From the human T2T-CHM13v2.0 reference genome, Homo sapiens: a stretch of 64,000 nucleotides of DNA. Made by a program: the position numbers and the translations under genes. Positions 53,751 through 64,000 of the stretch are shown one piece after another. The notes below the pieces were generated by a model, which saw only the letters and a program-made list of their open reading frames with translations, ran no database searches and was not told where the DNA came from. The first letter of the stretch is position 1. Each line of letters starts with the position of its first letter. The stretch lies in assembly GCF_009914755.1 (NCBI RefSeq), contig NC_060937.1. One strand, 5' to 3'.

Positions 53751-54721
53751 GAAATATCTAGATATTCTTCAGTATGCTGATTGTCTATGCTTCATGAGGC
53801 TGAAGCAGTCTCCTCTTTCATGTCTTCAGTCAAGTCAATCTACATGCTTTTTTTTCCCCATAGGTTATTGGGGTACGGGTGGTATTTGGTTACATGAGTA
53901 AGTTCTTTAGTGGTGATTTGTGAGATTTTGGTGCACCCATCACCCGAGCAGTATACATTGTACCCTATTTGTAGTCTTTTATCCCTCACCCCCTCCCACC
54001 CTTCCCCCCAAGTCCCCAAAATCCATTGTACCATTCTTATACCTTTGTGTCCTCATAGCTTAGCTCCCACATATCAGCGAGAGCATATGATGTTTGATTT
54101 TCCATTCCTGAATTACTTTACTTAGAATAATAGTCTCCAATCTCACCTAGGTATCTGCAAATGCCATTAATTCATTCCTTTTTATGGCCAAGTAGTAGTC
54201 CATCATATATACATATATTTATATATCTATTTTTATATATCTATATAGATGTAGATATATATCTCACAGTTTCTTTATCCACTCTTTGATTGATGGGCAT
54301 TTGGGTTCTTTCCACAATTTTGCAACTGCAAATTGTGTTGCTATAAACATGCATGTGCAAGTATCTTTTTTGTATAATGACTTCTTTTCCTCTGTGTAGA
54401 TACCCAGTAGGGGGATTGCTGGATCAAATGGAAGTTCTACTTTTACTTCTTTAAGGCATCTCCACACTGTTTTCCATAGTGGCTGTACTAGTTTGCATTC
54501 CTACCAGCATGTAGACATGTTCCCTGATCACTGCATCCATGCCAACATCTACTGTTTTTTGATTTTTTTTTATTATGGCCATTCTTGCAGGAGTAAGGTG
54601 GTATCACATTGTGGTTTTGATTTGCATTTTCCTGATCATTAGTAATGTTGAGCATTTTTTCATACATTTGTTTGGCCATTTGTATATCTTCTTTTGAGAA
54701 TTGGCTATTCATGTCTTTAGC

Positions 54722-55495
54722 TCACTTTTGGATGGGATTGTTTGTTTTATTTCTTACTGATTTGAGTTCGTTGTAGATTCTGGATATTAGTCCTCTGTCA
54801 GATGTATAGATTGTGAAGATTTTCTCCAACTCTGTGGGTTGTCTGTTTACTCTGACTGTTCCTTTTGCCATGCAAAAGCTCTTTAGTTTAATTAAGTCCC
54901 AACTATTTATCTTTGTTTTTATTGCATTTGCTTTTGGGTTCTTGGTCATGAAATGCTTGCCTAAGCCAATGTCTAAAAGGGTTTTTTCAGTGTTATCTTC
55001 TAGAATTTTTATAGTTTCAGGTCTTAGATTTAAGTCCTTAATCCATCTTGAGTTGATTTTTGTATAATGTGAGAGATGAGGAACCAGTTTCATTCTCCTA
55101 TATGTGGCTAGCCAATTATCCCAGCCCCATTTGTTGAAAAGAGTATCTTTTCCCCATTTTATGTTTTTGTTTGCTTTGTTGAAGATCAATTGGCTATAAG
55201 TACTTGGATTTATTTCTAGGTTCTCTATTCTATTCCATTGGTCTATGTGCCTATTTTTATGCCAGTACCATGCTGTTTTGGTGACTATAGCCTTATAGTA
55301 TAGTTTGAAATCAGGTAGTGTGATGCCTCCAGATATGTTCCTTTTGCTTAGTCTTGCTTTGGCTATGCGGGCTCTTTTTTGGTTCCATATGAATTTTAGA
55401 ATTTTTTTTTCTAATTCGGTGAAGAATGATGGTGATATTTTGGTGGAGATTGTGTTGAATTTGTAGATTGCTTTTGGCAGTATGGTCATTTTCAC
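54722..55495 (-). pseudogene. L1 ORF2p fragment (post-RT region, 257 aa), non-functional
   Basis: [10 protein letters not shown]...[13 protein letters not shown]...[23 protein letters not shown]. The surrounding ORF2 is broken by stops, frameshifts and insertions. Confidence 0.9.
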
Positions 55496-56729
55496 AATAT
55501 TGATTCAACCCATTCATGAGCATGGGATGTGTTCTCATTTGTGTTATCTATGATTTCTTTCAAAAGCATTTTGTAGTTTTCCTTGTAGCGGTCTTTCACC
55601 TCCTTGGTTAGGTATATTCCTATGTTTTTTGTTTGTTTGTTTGTTTGTTTGCAGCTATCGTAAAAGGGGTTGAGTTCTTGATTTGATTCTCTTCTTGGTA
55701 ACTGTGGTGTATAGAAGAGCTACAGATTTGTGTATATTAACCTTGTATCCAGAAACTTTGCTGAATTATCAGTTCTAGGAGCTTTCTGGAGGAGTCTTTA
55801 GGGTTTTCGAGGTAAACAATCGTATCATCAGCAAACAGGACAGTCTGACTTCCTCTTTACTGATTTAGATGCCCTTTACTTCTTTCTCTTGTCTGATTGC
55901 TCTGGCTAGGACTTTCAGTACCATATTGAAGAGAAGTGGTGAGAGTGGGCATCCTACTCTTGCTCAGCTCTCAGAGGGAATGCTTTCAACTTTTCCCCAT
56001 TCAGTATTACGTTGGCTGTGGGTTTGTCATAGACAGTATTACATTGAGGTATGTCCCTTCTATGCCAATTTTGCTGAGAGCTTTAATCACAAAGGGATGC
56101 TGGATTTTGCCAAAAGCTTTTTCCACGTCTATTGAGATATCACGTGATTTTTGTTTTTAATTCTGTTTATGTGGTGTATCATATTTATTGACTTTCATAT
56201 GTTAAACCATCCCTGCATCCCTGGTATGAAACCCACTTGATCGTGGTGGATTATCTTTTTGATATGTTGTTGGATTCAGTTAGCTAGTATTTTGCTAAGG
56301 ATTTTAGCATCTATGTTCATCAGGCGTATCAGTCTGTAGTTTTCTTTTTTGGTTATGTCCTTTCCTGGTTTTGGTATTAGGGTGATGCTGGCCTCATAGA
56401 ATGAATTAGAGAGGGTTCCCTCTTTCTCTATCTTGTGGAATAGTGTCATCAAAAGGATTGGTACCAATTCTTCTTTGAATGTCTGGTAGAATTCTGCTAT
56501 GAATCCGCCTGGTCCTGGACTTTCTTTGTTGGTAATTTTTAAATTACTGTTTGAATCTCACTGCTTGTTATTGGTCTGTTCACAGTAACTAATTCCTCCT
56601 GAATTAAGCTAGGAGGGCTCTATTTTTCCAGAAGTTTATCCATCACTTCTAGGTTTGCTAGTTTATATGCATAAAGGTGTTCATAGTAGCCTTGAATGAT
56701 TTTTTGTATTTCAGCGATGTCAGTTATAA

Positions 56730-57303
<574 letters not shown>

Positions 57304-57395
57304 TTTTTTAGTCTTTTTGATGTAGGCGTTTAGGGCTATGAACTTTCCACTTAGCACCACCTTTGCTGTATCCCAGAGGTTTTGATAGGTTGTGT

Positions 57396-58820
57396 TGTGT
57401 CCGGAATTGGTGGGTTCTTGGTCTCACTGACTTCAAGAATGAAGCCGTGGACCCTCGCGGTGAGTGTTACAGTTCTTAAAGGCGGCGTGTCCAGAGTTTG
57501 TTCCTTCTGATGTTCGGATGTGTTCAGAGTTTCTTCCTTCTGGTGGGGTTCGTGGTCTCGCTGGCTCAGGAGTGAAGCTGCCGACCTTCACGGTGAGTGT
57601 TACAGCTCTTAAGGCGGCGCGTCTGGAGTTGTTCATTCCTGCCAGTGGGTTCGTGGTCTCGCTGGCTTCAGGAGTGAAGCTGCAGACCTTCGTGGTGAGT
57701 GTTATAGCTCATAAAGGCAGTGTGGACCCAAAGAGTGAGCAGCAACAAGATTTATTGCAAAGAGTGAAAGAACAAAGCTTCCACAGTGTGGAAGGGGACC
57801 CAAGCGGGTTGCCACTGCTGGCTCAGGCAGCCTGCTTTTATTCTCTTATCTGGCCCCACCCACATCCTGCTGATTGGTAGAGCCAAGGGGTCTGTTTTGA
57901 CAGGGCACTGATTGGTGCCTTTACAATCCCTGAGCTAGACACAAAGGTTCTCCTCGTCCCCACCAGATTAGCTACATAAAGAGTGTTGACACAAAGTTTC
58001 TCCAAGTCCCCACCACAGTACCTAGATACAGAGTGTCGATTGGTGCATTCACAAACCCTGAGCTAGACAGAGTGCTGATTGGTGTGTTTACAAACCTTGA
58101 GCTAGATACAGAGTGCCGATTGGTGTATTTACAATCCCTTAGCTAGACATAAAGGTTCTCCACATCCCCACCAGACTCAGGAGCCCAGCTGGATTCACCC
58201 AGTGGATCCCGCACCAGGGCTGCAGGTGGAGCTGCCTGCCAGTCCCACGCCATGCACCTGCACTCCTCAGCCCTTGCGTGGTCAATGGGACTGGGCGCCC
58301 TGGAGCAGGGGGCGGCGCTCGTTGGGGAGGCTCGGGCTGCACAGGAGCACACGGAGGGGGTGGGAGGCTCAGGCATGGCGGGCTGCAGGCCCCGAGCCCT
58401 GCCCCGTGGGAAGGCAGCTAAGGCCTGGCAAGAAATTGAGCACAGCACTGGTGGGCCGGCTCTGCTGGGGGACCCAGTACATCCTCCACAGCCGCTGGCC
58501 CGGTTGCTAAGCCCCTCATTGCCCGGGGCCAGCAGGGCAGGCCAGCTGCTCTGAGTGGAGTCCCCCGAGCCCACGCCCACCCGGAACTCGCACTGGCCCG
58601 CAAGCACCGTGCGCAGCCCCAGTTCCCACTCAGGCTTCTCCCTCCACACCTCCCTGCAAGCTGAGGGAGCCAGCTCAGGCCTTGACCATCCCAGAAAGGG
58701 GCTCCCACAGTGCAGCGGTAGGCTGAAAGGCTCCTCAAGTGCCGCCAAAGTGGGAGCCCAGGCAGAGGTGCCAAGAGCGAGCGAGGGCTGCAAGGGCTGC
58801 CAGCACACTGTCACCTCTCA
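57396..58820 (-). mobile_element. LTR12C solo LTR (ERV9), nested in L1PB1
   Basis: Minus strand starts TGAGAGGTGACAGTGTGCTGG and ends CCAAGAACCCACCAATTCCGGACACA. TSD GTGT (57392-57395, 58821-58824). Five CCAAT repeats. Confidence 0.95.
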
Positions 58821-58853
58821 GTGTCATTATTGTCGTTCAGTTTGAAGAATTTT

Positions 58854-59369
58854 TTAATTTCCATCTTGATTTCGTTTTTTGACCAAGTGCTCATTCAGGA
58901 GCAGGTTATTTAATTTCCATGTATTTGCATGGTTTTGAAGGTTCCTTTTGGAGTTGATTTCCAGTTTTTTCCCACTGTGGTCTGAGAGAGTGCTTGATAT
59001 AATTTCAATTTTCTTAAATTTATTCCAGCTTATTTTATGGCCTATCATATGGTCTATCTTAAAGAAGGTTCCATATGCTGTTAAATAGAATGTGTATTTG
59101 CGATTATTGGATGAAATGTTCTGTATATATCTGTTAAGTCCATTTGTTCCAAGGTAGTTTAAATCCATTGTTTCCTTGTTGAGTTTCTGTCTTGACGACC
59201 TGTCTAGTGCTATCAGTGGAGTATTGAAGTCCCCCACTATTATTGTGTTGCTGTCTATCTCATTTCTTAGGTCTATTAGTAATTGTTTTATAAATTTGGG
59301 AGCTCCAGTGTTAGATGCATATATGTTTAGGATTGTGATATTTTCCTGTTGGACAAGGCCTTTTACCAT
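58854..59369 (-). pseudogene. L1 ORF2p endonuclease-domain fragment
   Basis: QQENITILNIYASNTGAPKFIKQ...TIIVGDFNTPL...KIDHMIGHK...SDHSG. Confidence 0.9.
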
Positions 59370-59745
59370 TATATAATATCCCTCTTTGTCTCTTTTAACT
59401 GCTGCTGCTTCAAAGTTTGTTTTGTCTGAAATAAGAATAGCTATCTCTGCTCCCTTTTGGTGTCCATTTGCATAAAATGCCTTTTTCCACCCCTTTACTT
59501 TAAGTTTATGTGAGTCCTTATGTGTTAGGTGAGTCTCCTGAAAGCAGCAGATAGTTGGTCAGTGAGTTCTTATCTATTCTGCAGTTCTGTATCTTTTAAG
59601 TGGAGCATTTAAGCCATTAACATCCAGTGTTAGTATTGAGATATGAAGTACCATTGCATTCATTGTGCTATTTGTTGGCTGTGTACCTTGGTTTTTTTGT
59701 TTTTGCTTTTTAAATTGTATTTTTGTATTATAGGTCCTGTGTGAT

Positions 59746-60785
59746 TTATACCTTAAAGAGGTTCTGTTTTGATGTGTTTCCAGGATTTGCTTCAAGATTT
59801 AGAGCTCCTTTTAGCAGTTCTTGTTGTAGTGGTTTGGTAGTGGCGAATTCTCTCAGCATTTGTTTGTCTGAAAAAGACTGTATCTTTCCTTCATATGTGA
59901 TTCTTATCTTCACTGGATACAAAATTCTTGGCTGAAAATTGTTTTGCTTGAGGAGGCTGAAGATAGGGCCCCAATCTCTTCTAGCTTGCAAGGTTTCTGT
60001 TGAGAAATCTGCTGTTAGTCTGATAGGTTTTCCTTTATAGGTTAACTGGTGCCTTTGTCTCATAGCTCTTAAGATTCCTTCCTTCGTCTTAACTTTAGAT
60101 ACCCTGATGACAATGTGTGTAGGTGATGATCTTTTTGTGATGAATTTCCCAGGTGTTCTTTGTGCTTCTTGTATTTGAATGTCTATGTCTCTAGCAAGGC
60201 TGGGAAAGTTTTACTCTATTATTCCCCCAAATATGTTTTCCAAACTCTTAGATTTCTCTTCTCCCTCAAGAACACCGATTATTCTTAGGTTTGGTTGTTT
60301 AACATAATCCCAGACTTCTTGGAGGCTTTGTTCATATTTTCTTATTCTTTTTTCTTTGTCTTTGTTATATTGGGTTAATTTGAAGACCTTGTCTTTAAGC
60401 TCTGAATTTCGTTCTTCTACTTGTTCAATTCTATTGCTGAGACTTTCCAGAACATTTTGTATTTCTATAAATGTGTCCAATGTTTCCTGAAGTTTTTATT
60501 GCTTTTTTTTATGCTATCTATTTCCTTTAATATTTCTCCCTTCACTTCTTGTATCACTTTTCAGATGTCCTTGCATTGGGCTTCGCCTTTCTCTGGTGCC
60601 TCCCCAATTAGCTTAATAACTAACCTCCTGAATTCTTTTCCAGGTAAATCAGGGATTTCTTCTTGGTTTGTATCCATTGCTGGTGAGCTAATGTGATTTT
60701 TTTTTGAGGGGGGGGGCACGGTATTAAAGAACTTTGTACTTTGTTTTGCCATATTACCAGTGTTGTTTTTCTGCTTCCTTTTCAT
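59746..60785 (-). pseudogene. L1 ORF1p fragments
   Basis: YEQSLQEVWDYVKQPNLRIIGV; TYKGKPIRLTADFS...ARRDWGPIF. Confidence 0.88.
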
Positions 60786-62715
60786 TTAGGTAGGCTCCGT
60801 CAGAGGCAAGGTCTAGGGCTGAAGGCTGTTGTTCAGATTCTTTTGTCCCATGGGGTGTTCCCTTGATGCAGTACTCTCCCCCTTTTCCTATGGATGTGGC
60901 TTTTTGTGAGCCAAGCTGCAATGATTGTTATCTCTCTTCTGGGTCTAGCCACCCAGCAAGTCTCCCCACCTCCAGGCTGGTACTGGGGGTTGTCTGCACA
61001 GAGTCCTGTGATGTGAACTGTCTATGGGTCTCTCAGCCACGGATACCAGCACCTGTTCTGGTGGAGGTTGCAGGGGGGTGAAATGGACTCTGTGAGGGTT
61101 CTTAGCTTTTTGGTGGTTTAATGTTCTATTTTTGTGCTGGTTGGCCTCCTGCCAGGAGGTGGCACTTTCCAGAGAGCATCAGCTGTGGTAGTATGGAGAG
61201 AAACAGGTGGTGGGCGGGGCCCTAGAACTCCCAAGAGTATACGCCCTTTGTCTTCAGCTGCCAGAGTGAATAGGGAAGGCCCATCAGGTAGGGGCAGGAC
61301 TAGGCATGTCTGAGCTCAGACTCTCCTTCGATGGGTCTTGCTGTGGCTGCTGTGGGAGATGAGGGTGAGGTTCCCAGGTCAATGGAGTTGTGTACCTAGA
61401 AAGATTATGGCTGCCTCTGCTGAGTCATGCAGGTTGTCAGGGAAGTGGGGGAAAGCCGACAGTCACAGGCCTCATTCAGCTCCCACACAATTCAGAGGGC
61501 CGGTCTCCCTCTCACTGTGACCCGCTAACAACCCTGAGGCTGTTTCCAGGCAGTGGGCCGAGCAGGGCTTGAGAACTTGCCCCAGGCTACCTGCCTCCCA
61601 GCTGTGAAAGAACACAGCTTTTGTTCTTCCCCTGCCTGTGGAGTCTGCACACCAGATTTGCACCCTCCCCTGATTTCCGGCCAGGAAGCTTCTTTCTGGG
61701 TTCAAATTTTTTCAAATTTCAGCTGGAGACTTCCTTCTTCCTGTGGTGTTTTCCCCCATACCTCTGGCTGCCCTCCCGAAGGATCCCTGTCATGCCAGGC
61801 AGGAATAGCCTGCTTGGGGACCCAGCGAGCTCCTGGGGCCTTTCCCGCTGCTTCCTCTACCCCTGTATTTTGCTGGGCTCTCTAAATTGGCTGAGCTCCA
61901 GGTAAGGTTGGAAACTTCTCCCGCAAATTAAGCCTTCTTTTATTTACTCCAGTGAGGGTGTGTGTTCAGGAGCGGAGGGTTTCCCTTTCCCACTTCTGCA
62001 GTTTGGGCACTCACAGTATTTACAGTGTCTTCCAGGTCCTGCAGGAGCAGTCCGCTTCTTTCAGAGGGTCTGTGGATCCTCTCAGGATTTCTGGTTTATT
62101 CTTGTCATTCTGGAGCTAAAATTCATGATGCAAGCCTCTGCACACTGCTCTGTCCATCTGAGTCAGAGCTGCAATCTAGTCCTGCCTCCCATCTGCAATG
62201 ATGATCTTTTGTTGTTGTTGTTTTTTTAAAGAAATTAGCAACACAAAAGTGAGGCAGACGAACTAGTTGGGCTTCTAACTCAGCACCCAGATATAAACAA
62301 ATTTAGTCATAGGAACCTTGACTTCAATTAATCTTCTCTGGTCATAATTCTTCTTGACTTATTCTCTGCTAATCTGCCATGCTAGGTTTATTGATAGACA
62401 TCCAAAATGATCAGAGATTCTGAGATGTTACTTTTTCATTTCTGCTGCATGGCATTCTAGAGTTTCCCCACCAGCCAAACCAATGCAAAACTTGACTTTG
62501 TAAACTCGAGCGCTCACACCTTCAGTCTAGGTTTGTTTCTCCTGGCACACTATTCGTCATGCTTGTTACTGCAATCGATTTCTATTTTCCTCTAAACCTC
62601 CATCTTTCAGGCTGAACTTGATCACAGGCTGAGTGGATGGGTAGGGGATAGAATATGGAAATGTTTCTCTTTCTAAATGTGATTATAAAATAGGAATTTG
62701 TTATATCTTTTTCAG

Positions 62716-62918
62716 GCATATCCACAGCTCTTCAAATAAGCAATGTGATGTTAGCAAAAGTGCAGGGGCTCCTTGAGAACTTTCCAGGGCTAACCAGCTG
62801 CTGAGGAGTGGCCTCCAGGAAAGAGAGAAGCACTCTGATTCAGGCAGTGATTTACACCTAAAATACCAACTCCATCATATCTTCAGAACAATTCTTCTAG
62901 ACCTTGCATCTAAATATG
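62716..62918 (+). other. Candidate 203-nt exon ending in ATG
   Basis: Acceptor TATATCTTTTTCAG|G and a very strong donor ATG|GTAAGT; unique sequence between L1PB1 and a FLAM. Confidence 0.6.
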
Positions 62919-62979
62919 GTAAGTGTGAAATATATTTTATACCTAACTTGGTCCCCAGTATTATTTTCATTACCAAGAT

Positions 62980-63119
62980 TTTTTTTTTTTTTTTTTTTTT
63001 TTTGAGATGAGGTTTAGCTATGTTGCCCAGGTTGGTCTCAAATTGCTGGCCTTAAGCAATCCTCCCACCTCAGCCTCCCAAAGTGGTAGAATTACAGGTG
63101 TGAGTCACTACACCTGGCC
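62980..63119 (-). mobile_element. FLAM/Alu monomer
   Basis: Poly-T followed by a single Alu arm; TSD CCAAGAT (62973-62979, 63120-63126). Confidence 0.88.
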
Positions 63120-63332
63120 CCAAGATGTATTTTTAACCATAATTGGAGCAAGCAACATGTTTAATGGGGAAAATAGATAATTTTTGAATTTTGTGATTTG
63201 GAAGCTTATTGTTAACAGTGCTAAAGAAACGTTAAAAACACTCCAAAATGTGTCTTTAAGACTGTGGTACACATTGATCAAAGTGAGAAGATAACCAGTT
63301 AATTAAGGTTTCTTTTGTCCTTATTTCACTCT

Positions 63333-63919
63333 TGTATTAGTTATCCACTGCTGCATAACAAATGGCCCCCAAAGTGAGCAGTGTAAAAAAAATTTATTAT
63401 GTCAGTTTCACAGTATTCACAGTTTCCGTGAGTCAGGAATCCCAGTATTTCTCAGCTGGGTGCCTCTGGCTCAGTAGCTTTCATGAAGCTGCAGTTAAGC
63501 AGTCACTTAGGGCTGGGGCTGTGGGGCTGTGGTCTCCACTGAAGACTCCACCGGGGGAAGCCAGCTCTAAGCCCACTTACCTGCTGGTTGCCAGGCCTCA
63601 TGGGCAGTTGGACAGAGGGCTCTATTTCCCACTGTTGGCTGAAGGCCTCCCTCAGTTCCTTGTCACATGAACCTCTCCACAGGGCTGACTATAAACACAA
63701 CTGGCTTTCTCCAGAGTGAGGGATGAGAGAGAAGGAGAAAGAGGATACTCAAGAAAGAAGCCATAGTCTTTTTATGACTAAATCTCAGGAGTGGCACTCC
63801 TTTACTTAGCTATTGTTTTCTATTCACTGGAAGTGAGTCACTATGTCCAGCCCACATTCAAGGGGAGAAGATTGCAGAAGGAAGCAAGGATAATTGGAGC
63901 CCATCTTAGGCTTACCACA
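63333..63919 (-). mobile_element. MLT1F-like MaLR LTR
   Basis: TGTATTAGTTATCCACTGCTGCATAACAAAT...AGCCCACATTCAAGGGGAG...CTTACCACA. Confidence 0.8.
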
Positions 63920-64000
63920 GCCCCCATTTCCAAATATTTTAATGTGTAATCCTCAATGGAGAATGTCTTGAACTAGTGTCACTGAGATTCTTCAATCATT

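Noticed and set aside
57440-58150. Repeat-spacer-like periodicity (TGAAGCTG...GGTGAGTGTTACAG and GAGCTAGA...GATTGG units)
   Set aside because: These are the normal internal tandem repeats of LTR12 U5/U3, not a CRISPR array; there are no cas genes and the context is eukaryotic.
58139-58845. Overlapping 96-223 aa ORFs on both strands
   Set aside because: They lie entirely in the GC-rich U3 of LTR12C, where stop codons are scarce; no domain similarity is recognisable.

Overview
This is primate (human-like) non-coding genomic DNA, not a prokaryotic window. It carries AluJ/S/Y, L1PA/L1PB, LTR12C, MER4/MER51, MLT/MaLR, Tigger/MER and MIR/L2 repeats, roughly half of the window by my hand annotation. 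I find no credible intact protein-coding gene, RNA gene or CRISPR array. The longer ORFs are decayed L1 ORF1/ORF2 pieces or GC-rich LTR12C artefacts. The largest structure is a full-length minus-strand L1PB element (~53.85-62.2 kb) with a nested AluY and a nested solo LTR12C (4-bp TSD). In the repeat-poor stretches, several well-formed plus-strand splice acceptor/donor pairs (17490-17747, 19082-19370, 24599-24662, 62716-62918) suggest a spliced lncRNA or a long 5'-UTR. Two motif clusters look like immune-type regulatory elements: RUNX/ETS at ~19.0 kb, and STAT/NF-kB/RUNX next to a MER51 LTR at ~35.5-36.3 kb. I cannot name the locus. Repeat subfamily calls come from recalled consensus features, and boundaries without a stated TSD are approximate. 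I found no convincing novel biological system; the findings are regulatory or transcript hypotheses.
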